Shown: positions 20,135 through 29,425 of the stretch, one piece after another
Layout of the letters: each line of letters begins with the position of its first letter
Numbering within the stretch: the first letter of the stretch is position 1
Source of the DNA: Bacteroidales bacterium
GTDB taxonomy: Bacteria; Bacteroidota; Bacteroidia; Bacteroidales; UBA12077
Direction: 5' to 3'
Length of the DNA stretch: 51,420 nt
Assembly: GCA_018334875.1 (NCBI GenBank)
Contig: JAGXLC010000001.1
Coordinates: 1 to 51,420 of the forward strand
Position numbers and translations under genes: made by a program
Notes under the pieces: generated by a model
Seen by the model: only the letters and a program-made list of their open reading frames with translations
What the model was told of the DNA's origin: nothing
Databases searched by the model: none

Positions 20135-20881
20135 CTATTCTCCTACAACGACTTTGGCGTATCTTAATACTTTATCGTTCAAATAATATCCTTTTTGCAC
20201 TACATCTACTACTTTACCCTTCAGCTCCTCATTTTGTGCGGGAACCTTTGAAACGGCTTCGTGCTTGTCGGTGTCAAAATCCTTGTCTTGTGCTTCTATT
20301 TCCTTGACACCCTGTTGATTCAAGAAATCTTTGAATTTGTTATATATCAGATAAACACCATCTTTAACGGCCTGGATGTCTCCAGCCTCATCAATTGACT
20401 GAAGCGCACGCTCAAAATCATCCATAATGGGAAGCAATCCTTTCAGAATATCTTCCCCTGCCGATTTTGTGAGCTCCATCTTTTCTTTGAGGGTTCTTTT
20501 CCTGTAGTTGTCGTATTCTGCTGTTAATCTGAGATATTTATCCTGAAGTTCTGCCAGTTTTTCTTTATCTGATTTTTCTTCTTTCTTTTCTTCTTCCTGT
20601 TGTGCTTCCGCTTCTTCTTGCTTCTGTTCCTGTTCCTGTTCCTTTTTCTCTTTATCCTCAGCAGATTTTTTGCCCTCTTTCTTTTTGGATTTTTCCTTTT
20701 TCTGCGAAGCACCTTTTTGTTTTTCTTTTCCCTGACTTGTCTCCTCAGTTGTTTCCTGTGCTATCGTTTCTTTACCTTGCTCTTCCTGGGCCTGCTGTTG
20801 CGTTTGTTCCTGTGTTTCTTCTGTATTGAGTTGTTCCTGATTTTTCTTTTCTTCTGATTTCATATTTTTTTCTTTTGTCAT
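20135..20881 (-). CDS. grpE: nucleotide exchange factor GrpE with long E/K/Q-rich N-terminal extension
   Basis: C-terminal GrpE core (LRLTAEYDNYRKR ... VVQKGYYLNDKVLRYAKVVV). Lies directly upstream of dnaJ. The ORF opens with GTG at 20911; the first ATG is at 20881. Confidence 0.9.
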   Translation of the reverse strand: MTKEKNMKSEEKKNQEQLNTEETQEQTQQQAQEEQGKETIAQETTEETSQGKEKQKGASQKKEKSKKKEGKKSAEDKEKKEQEQEQKQEEAEAQQEEEKKEEKSDKEKLAELQDKYLRLTAEYDNYRKRTLKEKMELTKSAGEDILKGLLPIMDDFERALQSIDEAGDIQAVKDGVYLIYNKFKDFLNQQGVKEIEAQDKDFDTDKHEAVSKVPAQNEELKGKVVDVVQKGYYLNDKVLRYAKVVVGE

Positions 20882-21024
20882 ATCCAAATCCTGTTTTTTT
20901 AATATCCACACAACCTGATTTAAAAAATTTTATTTGTATTGATCAAATAATTTGCCAAAATATGGTATTGCGACAAATTGGCACAAGGCAAGGAGCAGCT
21001 AAATGAAATTGTGGCAAGTTTTGT

Positions 21025-22332
21025 TTAGTCCGTCCTTTGGATGTCAGCTCCAATCTGGTTCAGCCGTGTATCGATATTTTCATATCCACGGTCAATTTGG
21101 TCGATATTATGAATGGTGCTGGTACCATCAGCATAGAGTGCAGCAATGAGTAGCGCCACTCCGGCTCTTATATCGGGGGAGGTCATTTTGGTAGGGCGCA
21201 GTCTGATCTGATGGTCCTGACCTATTACTGTTGCTCTGTGAGGATCGCAGAGAATAATCTGGGCACCCATGTCTATGAGCTTGTCTACAAAGAAGAGCCT
21301 GCTTTCAAACATTTTTTGGTGGATCAGCACACTTCCCCGGGCCTGGGATGCAATCACCAAAATTACGCTAAGCAGGTCGGGAGTCAGGCCCGGCCAGGGC
21401 GCATCGGCAATGGTCATGATCGAACCGTCTATGAATGTTTCAATCTCGTAATGTTCGTGTTTGGGAATGTAAATGTCATCTCCATTTCTTTGGACTTCTA
21501 TTCCCAGTCTTCTGAAAGACTGGGGGATGATACCCAGATTATCGTATGAAACATTTTTGATGGTTAATTCCGATTGGGTCATTGCGGCTATGCCAATGAA
21601 ACTGCCCACTTCGATCATATCAGGGAGAATATGGTGTGAGCAGCCTTTTAGTTCCCCTACACCTTTAATTGTTACCAGATTTGAACCGATCCCGGTAATG
21701 GAGGCACCCATTCGGTTAAGCATGTGGCAGAGTTGTTGTACGTAAGGTTCACATGCTGCATTGTATATGGTGGTGGTTCCCTCTGCCATGGAAGCGGTCA
21801 TGATGATGTTGGCCGTGCCTGTCACTGACGCTTCTTCAAGCAGCATATAATTGCCCTTCAAACGGGCGCCTTCTATGGTATAAAAGTTGCTTGTATGGTT
21901 ATATATAAAGCTGGCTCCCAGTTTTTCGAATCCCTGAAAATGAATGTCCAGCCGCCTTCTTCCTATTTTGTCTCCGCCGGGTTTGGGGATATATCCTTTT
22001 CCAAACCGGGATAGCAAAGGTCCCATGATCATTATTGAACCTCTCAGACCTTCTGCTTTTTCTGTAAATTCTGTGGTCTGCAAATAATCAAAGTTGATGC
22101 TCTCAGCTTTAAAGCTGTAAGTAGAGTTGGATTCCCTGGTTACCGTCACCCCCAGACACTTGATCAGATCAAGCAGTTTATTGACATCCCTGATGTTGGG
22201 TATATTGTGGATGGTTACTTTCTCAGGAGTAAGGAGTGTAGCACAGATTACCTGAAGCGCTTCATTTTTGGCCCCTTGTGGATTGATCTCTCCCTTTAGG
22301 GTTTTGCCTCCACGGATGATAAATGAACCCAT
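21025..22332 (-). CDS. murA: UDP-N-acetylglucosamine 1-carboxyvinyltransferase
   Basis: FIIRGGKTLKGEI N-terminus, 435 aa, conserved KPGGDKIGRRRLD loop (Asp in place of the fosfomycin-target Cys). Confidence 0.92.
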   Translation of the reverse strand: MGSFIIRGGKTLKGEINPQGAKNEALQVICATLLTPEKVTIHNIPNIRDVNKLLDLIKCLGVTVTRESNSTYSFKAESINFDYLQTTEFTEKAEGLRGSIMIMGPLLSRFGKGYIPKPGGDKIGRRRLDIHFQGFEKLGASFIYNHTSNFYTIEGARLKGNYMLLEEASVTGTANIIMTASMAEGTTTIYNAACEPYVQQLCHMLNRMGASITGIGSNLVTIKGVGELKGCSHHILPDMIEVGSFIGIAAMTQSELTIKNVSYDNLGIIPQSFRRLGIEVQRNGDDIYIPKHEHYEIETFIDGSIMTIADAPWPGLTPDLLSVILVIASQARGSVLIHQKMFESRLFFVDKLIDMGAQIILCDPHRATVIGQDHQIRLRPTKMTSPDIRAGVALLIAALYADGTSTIHNIDQIDRGYENIDTRLNQIGADIQRTD

Positions 22333-22335
22333 AAA

Positions 22336-22959
22336 TCAATGGGATTTTTGATGGTGATTGTTGCTGTTTTTCCCTTTTTTGGGGTTTCGTTTCTTTTTAA
22401 GTTTACTGACTATGTCCTTGGCGCCCGCCAGTTTGACTTTTTCCCGGTCCACCTTGATTTTTCCATCTGAAAGTTTCTCTATATCATTAAATATTTGTTC
22501 ATCGCTTACGCTGTCCTTGTTCCAGGAGATGTAGTTTTTCTTCATCTGATTGCCTATGGTTTCAATAAGTGCCTTCTTTTCTTCCCCTTCTTCAAACTCT
22601 GTAGCCTTTTGAATCAGTTTTTCTATGATTTTTCCGTAATGCTTGTATTTTATCTCTTTGTTGTTATAGGGAACGGGATCGGGCTCACTTCTTAAGGTTT
22701 CCTTTGGAGGAGCTTCATAAGGAGAGTCAATATCCAGTTCATACTCGGCCATAATGAGGAGGTGGTCCCAGAGTTTATGTTTGAAGTCGGCTATATCCTT
22801 GAAGTGTGGATACATGCTACTCATGATCTCAATAATAGATTGAGCCATCCTGTTCCGTTCCTCCCTGTCTTTGATTGTCTTGCAATATTCTACCAGCTTC
22901 AGGATGTTTCTCCCATACTCCGGTAAGATCAATTGTTTTTTGCTTGTATTATACTCCAT
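22336..22959 (-). CDS. DUF4290 domain-containing protein
   Basis: N-terminus LILPEYGRNILKLVEYC is typical of DUF4290 as I recall. The stop lies 3 nt from the murA start. Confidence 0.65.
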   Translation of the reverse strand: MEYNTSKKQLILPEYGRNILKLVEYCKTIKDREERNRMAQSIIEIMSSMYPHFKDIADFKHKLWDHLLIMAEYELDIDSPYEAPPKETLRSEPDPVPYNNKEIKYKHYGKIIEKLIQKATEFEEGEEKKALIETIGNQMKKNYISWNKDSVSDEQIFNDIEKLSDGKIKVDREKVKLAGAKDIVSKLKKKRNPKKGKNSNNHHQKSH

Positions 22960-23015
22960 ATAAGATGAGATTAAATTTGTACAAAATTAGTGGTTTTTGA
23001 ATTGATAACAAATTA

Positions 23016-25289
23016 TCAGGATATTATTTTTAGTTTGGCAAATTTCAGAAGCAATTGTTTTTGACCATGTTCATTGAAAAATATAGTGGCTTTGGTATTA
23101 GGCGGCCCTCCCTCAATATTGAGAATCTTTCCCTTGCCAAAACGGTCATGTTCCACTTTCATGCCTACCTGAAGCTCTCCTTTATACTCGGTTTGAGGTT
23201 GTTCACCCTTTGGTCTTCTGCCTATTTTCTTCAGGTTGGGATTTTTGGGCGAGGCGTTCACACCATGGGTAAATGCTGTTCCCGTTTTCATATCCTCAGT
23301 TTCGCCTTCCCCGTTCGCACCCGATTCAAAGTCAGGAAAAATCATATGTTGCGGATCAATCTCGTAAATGAATCTGCTTGGACGCGATTTATTTGATACA
23401 CCCCATTTATAACGGTTGTTTGCATAGCTTAGTATGGCTTTCTCTTCCGCCCGCGTTAGCGCAACATAAAAGAGCCTTCTTTCTTCCTCCAGTTCTTTGT
23501 CACTGTTCATAGACATCTTTGACGGAAATAACCCCTCCTCAATACCTGCCAGATAAACATTCTTGAATTCCAGACCTTTTGCTGAATGCATGGTCATGAT
23601 CGTAATTTTGTTAATGTCTTCTTCTCCTTCATTGTCGGCGTTTGTCAGCAAGGAAACATTTTGAATGTATTCTTCCAAAGTTGGTATCTCTTCGCCCTGA
23701 TAACGCTCAGTAAAATCCTTTATTCCGTTCAATATTTCCTGTACATTTTCAAATTTATTTTGTTCCTGCAAGGTTCCGGCATTTTTCAGGTCATTGATAA
23801 TTCCTGATTTTTCAGCAATTGTTAGGGCAGCCTGATAAGCATCCTCTTCTATGGCAAGCCTGCTGAATTCCTTTATCATTTCGGTGAATTTTCTGATCTT
23901 GCCTGCTGTATTCTTGTTAAGGTCGATCGGATATTCTTCTAAGTTTTCCAACACATCCCAGATATTCAGAGCGTGTTCGTCCGCATAGCTTTGAATTTTC
24001 CCCAAAGTTGTTTTACCAATACCCCGTGCCGGATAATTGATGATTCTCAATAAGCCTTCTTCATCCTTAAAGTTTATGCTGAGCCTTAAATAAGCCAGCA
24101 TATCCTTGATCTCCTTTCGCTGATAGAAGGAGATTCCGCCATAAACCTTATAGGGCAGGTCAAATTTTCTGAACGCCTCTTCGAAATTTCGCGATTGGGC
24201 ATTGGTTCTGTAAAGAATGGCAAAATCCCCGTAATCGTAGCCTTCGCTGTTGATTTTGTCACTGATAGACCGTGCAATGTTATAGGCTTCCTCGGTATCG
24301 GTAAACGATGATAATACTTCGATCTTATCCCCTTGTTGCTGCTCAGAGAATACATTCTTGTGAATTTGATTTTCATTTTTGCGGATCATGCTGTTGGCAG
24401 CATCCACAATGGTCCTGGTGGAGCGGTAGTTTTGTTCCAGCTTAAACAGCCGGGCATCCTGAAAATCCTTTTGGAAATTCAGAATGTTTTCGATTTTTGC
24501 TCCCCTGAAAGAGTAAATGCTTTGAGCATCATCGCCTACTACGCAAAGGTTTCTAAATTTTTGGGAAAGTTTTTTGACGATCAGGTACTGGGCAAAATTG
24601 GTATCCTGGTATTCATCCACAAGCACATAGTGAAATTTGTCCTGGTACTTTTTTAAAATTTCGGGATGATCCCTGAATAAAATATTGGTGTTTAGCAGCA
24701 GGTCGTCGAAATCCATGGCATCTGCTTTTCGGCAGCGTGAAGAGTAAATGCGGTATATGTCCGCAATGCGTGGCCTTCTTGAGTTTTCATCCTGCTGGGT
24801 GATATCTGGACTGTTGGAATATGACTGACTGGTAATCAGGTTGTTTTTTGCCGTAGATATTCTCCCCAGCACCTGATTGGGCTTATATACCTTTTCGTCC
24901 AGGCTCAGTTCCCTGATAATCTTTCTTACCAGGTTTTTTGAATCAACGCTGTCATAAATGGTATAGTTTTTCGAATAACCGGTAGCCCGGGATTCCAGCC
25001 TGAGAATCCTTGAGAATACGGAATGAAAAGTCCCCATCCATAATTTACGCGCCGATTCTTCATCCACCATCTCGGCTATTCTTTCTTTCATCTCTGAGGC
25101 TGCCTTATTGGTAAAGGTCAGTGCAAGGATATTCCAGGGTTTTACGCCTTTTTTCAGTAGATAAGCTATACGGTAGGTTAAAACCCTTGTCTTCCCTGAA
25201 CCGGCTCCTGCTATAACCAGGGAGGGTCCCTGATAGTTTTTTACAGCTTCTTTTTGTGCTTGATTCAGTTGCTTTAGAAAATCTTCCAA
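23016..25289 (-). CDS. pcrA: ATP-dependent DNA helicase, UvrD/PcrA/Rep family
   Basis: LNQAQKEAV, AGAGSGKT Walker A, VDEYQDTN, and a C-terminal Tudor-like tail. There is no ATG at the 5' end. The ORF opens with TTG at 25355, and a TTG at 25289 (LEDFLKQLN) gives the usual N-terminal length and lies downstream of a -7 box. Confidence 0.88.
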   Translation of the reverse strand: MEDFLKQLNQAQKEAVKNYQGPSLVIAGAGSGKTRVLTYRIAYLLKKGVKPWNILALTFTNKAASEMKERIAEMVDEESARKLWMGTFHSVFSRILRLESRATGYSKNYTIYDSVDSKNLVRKIIRELSLDEKVYKPNQVLGRISTAKNNLITSQSYSNSPDITQQDENSRRPRIADIYRIYSSRCRKADAMDFDDLLLNTNILFRDHPEILKKYQDKFHYVLVDEYQDTNFAQYLIVKKLSQKFRNLCVVGDDAQSIYSFRGAKIENILNFQKDFQDARLFKLEQNYRSTRTIVDAANSMIRKNENQIHKNVFSEQQQGDKIEVLSSFTDTEEAYNIARSISDKINSEGYDYGDFAILYRTNAQSRNFEEAFRKFDLPYKVYGGISFYQRKEIKDMLAYLRLSINFKDEEGLLRIINYPARGIGKTTLGKIQSYADEHALNIWDVLENLEEYPIDLNKNTAGKIRKFTEMIKEFSRLAIEEDAYQAALTIAEKSGIINDLKNAGTLQEQNKFENVQEILNGIKDFTERYQGEEIPTLEEYIQNVSLLTNADNEGEEDINKITIMTMHSAKGLEFKNVYLAGIEEGLFPSKMSMNSDKELEEERRLFYVALTRAEEKAILSYANNRYKWGVSNKSRPSRFIYEIDPQHMIFPDFESGANGEGETEDMKTGTAFTHGVNASPKNPNLKKIGRRPKGEQPQTEYKGELQVGMKVEHDRFGKGKILNIEGGPPNTKATIFFNEHGQKQLLLKFAKLKIIS

Positions 25290-25325
25290 TTGATGTAGAA
25301 TTTTTTGAAATACAGTCAAAAACCG

Positions 25326-25333
25326 CAAAATTA
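25326..25333 (-). promoter_or_regulatory. candidate -7 box TAATTTTG on the minus strand for the helicase gene
   Basis: Plus-strand CAAAATTA is the reverse complement of TAATTTTG. Its position inside the longest ORF argues for the shorter TTG start. Confidence 0.35.
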
Positions 25334-25448
25334 ATTCCCTTCTGCGATTCTTCAAAAATAAAAAATATGGCTCTATAGTTTATATAATAATATTAAGCAC
25401 TTTTCAACAAATTTTTTAATATTGTCTTATAAATGGATATAAATTTTA

Positions 25449-26861
25449 ATGATGGCCGGAAAAAGACTCATCTCAAGTATTTTATTTTTTCTGATCGCGT
25501 TTTCCTTTTCTTCTTATGCCCAGTTGTACGATTTTGAAGGCAGTGCTGATGCCTATAGGTCTACCGCATATGGGGAAGACACCATTTTTGTTTTTTTCTC
25601 CGGGAATGAGAACAAGGAAATGGCGGCAACCCATTCCACAGATGATACTTCGGATTTCCTATGGAAACGTTTTAACAGAAATACCCAGGAATTCGATTCG
25701 CTCTTCGTTCATAAGGATACTACCTTGTCAAAAATCAGGCTGGATTCTCTATTTGCTCAGGGAGTACTTTACCGGCCTGCAGAAGGATTGCGTGTAGAGA
25801 TTTTAAATGACAATGACAGTTTGGAAACTTACAATGCCTGGGTGATAATGGACACCATTCCGGATTTCGGAGAAATCAGAATAGAAGAGAATACCTGCAA
25901 TACCCTCTGGCTGGCAGTGGATACTTTTAGCATGGATTATACCTATTATGACCTCAGTGATTCGCCCCCCAGCACCCTGACCCTCCCCAATAATCGCAAT
26001 GTACTCTGGGAAGCCAGTGAAGATGTGGAAATTCACAGTCCAAATACGCTATACTCCGGATATGGGGATCGTTTGATTGGTAAAATCGGCAATGTCCCTG
26101 TCATGCCTTACCAGGATTCCGATTATACCCTCACGGTGAGCAATGTTTTTGAGAACAGCCGTTCAAAAACAATTGATAATGTAGAGGCCAAAGCAGTTCA
26201 AGCGGAGTTTGATGTAAAAAAGATATTGGATGACGGCCAGGTGGTGGATTATAATAAGCGTGAAGTGAATGAGGCGCTGTTGGATGTGACTTTTGAAAAC
26301 AATTCCAAAAATGCCTCGGATTATGACTGGGTGGGATTCAATGATTCATTAAATATACTCATGGGCCGCGACAGCATTCTCTGGAGTTCGGAAGATCAAA
26401 TTCCTTCTGAAACTGAGATTGAACCGTACACACCCGGAAAATACCCGGTACGTCTTACAGTGAGTAATGAGCATTGCATGGACAGTACCACCTTTTATCA
26501 TATTGAAGTGGATTCTTCGAGAATTGATACTACCACCATACCCAATGTCTTCACTCCCGACAACAATGGGATAAATGATTACTTTGTGCTGCCCAAGAAA
26601 AGCAATGTAACAGGTGGCAGGAGGGGTGTGGTATCCATGAAATGGATAGAGGTTTCTGTCTTCAACCGTTCCGGTGAGCTGGTATACCGTTTTGATGGTA
26701 AACCTGAAGACTGGCAAGGCTGGGATGGAAAAGTCAGGAACAGCAACCGTGATGCGGCGGAAGGGACTTATATCTATGTGATTAAGGGCAGGGGATATGA
26801 TGGTGTCATGCACGAGGACAGGCAATATTCGGGATTCCTGTACCTTTTCCGTGAAAATTAA
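25449..26861 (+). CDS. T9SS type-B sorting domain (gliding-motility-associated C-terminal domain) secreted protein
   Basis: Signal peptide, plus C-terminal IPNVFTPDNNGINDYF ... GTYIYVI ... GFLYLFR, the CHU_C/type-B CTD signature. Confidence 0.8.
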   Translation: MMAGKRLISSILFFLIAFSFSSYAQLYDFEGSADAYRSTAYGEDTIFVFFSGNENKEMAATHSTDDTSDFLWKRFNRNTQEFDSLFVHKDTTLSKIRLDSLFAQGVLYRPAEGLRVEILNDNDSLETYNAWVIMDTIPDFGEIRIEENTCNTLWLAVDTFSMDYTYYDLSDSPPSTLTLPNNRNVLWEASEDVEIHSPNTLYSGYGDRLIGKIGNVPVMPYQDSDYTLTVSNVFENSRSKTIDNVEAKAVQAEFDVKKILDDGQVVDYNKREVNEALLDVTFENNSKNASDYDWVGFNDSLNILMGRDSILWSSEDQIPSETEIEPYTPGKYPVRLTVSNEHCMDSTTFYHIEVDSSRIDTTTIPNVFTPDNNGINDYFVLPKKSNVTGGRRGVVSMKWIEVSVFNRSGELVYRFDGKPEDWQGWDGKVRNSNRDAAEGTYIYVIKGRGYDGVMHEDRQYSGFLYLFREN

Positions 26862-26880
26862 GGTTTATACTTTCATAAAG

Positions 26881-26920
26881 AAAAAGCCCCGGAAGGAATG
26901 TTTTCCTCCCGGAGCTTTTT
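26881..26920. terminator. bidirectional rho-independent terminator between convergent genes
   Basis: AAAAA - GCCCCGGAAGGAA / TTCCTCCCGGAGC (13-position stem, 2 mismatches, 4-nt loop) - TTTTT. Confidence 0.7.
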
Positions 26921-26940
26921 ATCAGGGTCATTGTTGGTGA

Positions 26941-29103
26941 TTAGCCCTTTTCTTCCTCCTTTTTTGCCTCGAATTCTTTGATTAGTTTCTCCTGGATTTC
27001 CGGTGGCACTTGCTGGTACTCTGAAAATTTCATAGTATAGGTAGCGCGTCCGCCGGTGAGCGAACCCAGTGAAGTGCTGTATTTGTGCATTTCTGAAAGG
27101 GGCACTTTGGCTTTGATCTTTTCAAAACCTCTTTCACTGTCCATTCCCTCTACCATAGCCCTTCTTCCCTGCAGGTCGCTCATTACATCGCCCATTCTGT
27201 CGCTTGGTACAAGGACTTCAATTCTGTAAATGGGTTCCATGATCTTTGGATTGGCATCTTTAAAAGCTTTTTCAAATGCGGTTCGTCCGGCGGTTTTAAA
27301 TGATACCTCATTGGAATCCACGGGATGCATTTTTCCGTCATATACGGCAACTCTTATATCGCGGGCATAGGAGCCAGTCAATGGTCCGTTTTCCATTTTT
27401 TCCATGATTCCTTTCAGTATGGCGGGCATGAATTTGGCATCAATGGCGCCACCTACAATGCAGTTATAAAAGATCAGTTTTCCGCCCCATTCAAGTTCAT
27501 GCTCCTGTCTGTCACGAATGCTAAGAGATATATCCATCCCGTTTACCTTATAGGATTGGGGATCCGGTGCATCTTCCTTATGGGGTTCTATCACCAGGTA
27601 AACTTCACCAAACTGGCCTGCACCACCCGATTGTTTCTTGTGTCGATGACTGGCCTGAGCCACTTTGGTGATGGTTTCCCGATAGGGTATCTTGGGGGGA
27701 AGGAATTCTGTTTCGATTTTTGATATGTTGTCCAGATGCCATTTCAGGATATTCAATTGGTGTTCGCCCTGACCATGGAGGATGATTTGCTTTAGTTCTT
27801 TGGAATATTCCACCTGGAGGGTTGGATCAATCTGCTGCATCTTGTTAAGCTCTTCTCCCAGCTTTTCTTCATCCGATTCATTCACTGCTCTTATGGCTGA
27901 GCGATACTTGGGTTCCGGGAATTCAATAGAAGGGAACTTATAGTTAATTTTTGGCTGGTTTAGTGTATGGTTGAGCTTTGTGTCTTTTAATTTTACTGCA
28001 GCTCCAATGTCTCCGGCCATTAGTTTGCTTACTTTTTCCCTATGCTTACCTGCCGTGACATAGAGTTGAGATAACCTTTCCTTGCTTTGGGTAATGGCAT
28101 TGACCAGGTCCATGCCTTCTTGCAATGTTCCTGACATGACCTTAAAATAATTGATGTCGCCAATGTGCGGCTCATTGAATGTTTTGAAGAAAAACAGGGA
28201 CACGGATCCGTCGGGATCAAATTCAACTTCGGTTCCGTCCTGGGTTTTGGGAGTTTCTCGTTCGGTAGGAGAGGGGCAGGAGTTTATAATGAATTCCATT
28301 AGCCGTTGCACTCCAATGCCTTTACCGGCTGCTGTGCAGAAGATTGGAAATATTCCCTGTTGGGCCAGCCCTTCTTTGATCCCTTTCATCATTTCTTCTT
28401 CGCTTAGTGTATCTTTCTCAAAGAATATCTCCATCAGGCTTTCGTCATTTTCTGCCGCAGCTTCGATCAGTTCATTGTGGTAATGTTCTGCCTGATCCTT
28501 CTGGTCATCAGGAATCTCATGTTCTTCCGTAACCTGTTTATCCGGATTGTATTTATACATTTTCATTTTGACTACGTCGATGATTGAGTCGAAACTTAGT
28601 CCTGCATTTACCGGATATTGAGCTACTGCTGCCTTGCTTCCGAAATTTTGCCGGATGTTTTCCAGCGTTTTTTCAAAGTTGGCTTTCTCATGATCCAAGT
28701 GGTTCACCACGAAAACAAAGGGCATGTTATGGCGCTCGCAATAACGGCTGTGGATCTCTGTTCCCACTTCAACGCCGCTTTGCGCATTGATTACCATCAT
28801 CCCCGAATCCGCAGCATTGAATCCGGCTACCACTTGACCTATGAATTCATCCCCACCCGGTGCATCAAGAACATTAATTTTGTGGTCCTTAAATTCCGTA
28901 TACAGTATGGAGGAATAAACGGAGTTGAGGCTTTCCTGTTCCACCTGGTTATAATCTGATACTGTGTTTTTGCCCTGAATGGTTCCTTTCCGGTGAGTGA
29001 CACCGCCTTCATAGAGCATGTCTTCGCTCAGAGTGGTTTTACCGCTTCCGGCATTTCCCAGTAGAACAATATTTCTGATTTGATTGGTGTGATAGATTTT
29101 CAT
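26941..29103 (-). CDS. elongation factor G paralogue with degenerate GTPase motifs
   Basis: 720 aa with full EF-G architecture. G1 is GNAGSGKT, switch II is DAPGGDEF (canonical DTPGHVDF), and G4 is NHLD (canonical NKMD). It is monocistronic and not in an rpsL-rpsG-fusA-tuf context. Confidence 0.85.
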   Translation of the reverse strand: MKIYHTNQIRNIVLLGNAGSGKTTLSEDMLYEGGVTHRKGTIQGKNTVSDYNQVEQESLNSVYSSILYTEFKDHKINVLDAPGGDEFIGQVVAGFNAADSGMMVINAQSGVEVGTEIHSRYCERHNMPFVFVVNHLDHEKANFEKTLENIRQNFGSKAAVAQYPVNAGLSFDSIIDVVKMKMYKYNPDKQVTEEHEIPDDQKDQAEHYHNELIEAAAENDESLMEIFFEKDTLSEEEMMKGIKEGLAQQGIFPIFCTAAGKGIGVQRLMEFIINSCPSPTERETPKTQDGTEVEFDPDGSVSLFFFKTFNEPHIGDINYFKVMSGTLQEGMDLVNAITQSKERLSQLYVTAGKHREKVSKLMAGDIGAAVKLKDTKLNHTLNQPKINYKFPSIEFPEPKYRSAIRAVNESDEEKLGEELNKMQQIDPTLQVEYSKELKQIILHGQGEHQLNILKWHLDNISKIETEFLPPKIPYRETITKVAQASHRHKKQSGGAGQFGEVYLVIEPHKEDAPDPQSYKVNGMDISLSIRDRQEHELEWGGKLIFYNCIVGGAIDAKFMPAILKGIMEKMENGPLTGSYARDIRVAVYDGKMHPVDSNEVSFKTAGRTAFEKAFKDANPKIMEPIYRIEVLVPSDRMGDVMSDLQGRRAMVEGMDSERGFEKIKAKVPLSEMHKYSTSLGSLTGGRATYTMKFSEYQQVPPEIQEKLIKEFEAKKEEEKG

Positions 29104-29187
29104 AGTTTCTTACTGCCTTTTAATTACATTATTAAATGGTTATTGATATTAATAGCTTGTCTTCTACTTGTTTGTAAGACAAGGAGT

Positions 29188-29195
29188 CAAATTTA
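29188..29195 (-). promoter_or_regulatory. candidate -7 box TAAATTTG on the minus strand for the EF-G paralogue
   Basis: Plus-strand CAAATTTA. It is followed in the leader by an 8-bp inverted repeat CTTGTCTT / AAGACAAG (29156-29163 / 29176-29183). Confidence 0.3.
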
Positions 29196-29284
29196 GTAAA
29201 ATTTTGTTAACATTCCAGCTTTATCAACAATAGCTTTTACACAAAATTTCCAGTTAAATTTTTAGTTTCTTCTAAAGAAAGTGT

Positions 29285-29292
29285 TATTTTTG
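29285..29292 (+). promoter_or_regulatory. candidate -7 box TATTTTTG for tRNA-His
   Basis: Exact TAnnTTTG match ending 19 nt upstream of the tRNA 5' end. Confidence 0.4.
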
Positions 29293-29310
29293 CACATTCT
29301 ATAAAATAAT

Positions 29311-29385
29311 GGTGGATGTAGCTCAGGTGGTTAGAGCGCTGGATTGTGGTTCCAGAGGTCGTGGGTTCGAGTCCCATCCTCCACC
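29311..29385 (+). tRNA. tRNA-His (anticodon GTG) with genome-encoded G-1
   Basis: Hand-folded cloverleaf. Acceptor GTGGATG/CCTCCAC has one U-C mismatch at 6:67. D stem is GCTC/GAGC. Anticodon stem CTGGA/TCCAG carries loop TTGTGGT. T arm is GTGGG-TTCGAGT-CCCAT. An extra 5' G pairs with discriminator C73, which is the His identity element. No CCA is encoded. Confidence 0.9.
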
Positions 29386-29396
29386 CTGCAGTATGG

Positions 29397-29425
29397 ACTC
29401 CGGGGTAAAGCTGCCGGAGTTTTTT
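29397..29425 (+). terminator. rho-independent terminator after tRNA-His
   Basis: ACTCCGG / CCGGAGT 7-bp stem, 10-nt loop, followed by TTTTT. Confidence 0.75.

Noticed and set aside
20524-20857. Small ORFs in alternative frames of the grpE low-complexity tract (K/R-rich and F/L-rich peptides)
   Set aside because: They are frame artefacts of the purine-rich repeat that encodes the GrpE E/K/Q tail.
20941-20958. Sigma-54-type promoter (minus strand TGGCAA-N5-TTGAT) or CIRCE-like operator upstream of grpE
   Set aside because: The -12 element lacks the conserved GC (TTGA instead of TTGC). There is no match to the CIRCE inverted repeat TTAGCACTC-N9-GAGTGCTAA. The TTTGCCAA / TTGGCACA inverted repeat (20951-20985) is short and imperfect.
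26941-29103. EF-G-like gene as a Tet(M)/Tet(O)-type ribosomal protection protein
   Set aside because: Ribosomal protection proteins are shorter, about 640 aa, and as I recall retain canonical GTPase motifs. This protein has full EF-G length and degenerate G motifs, and no resistance or mobile context.
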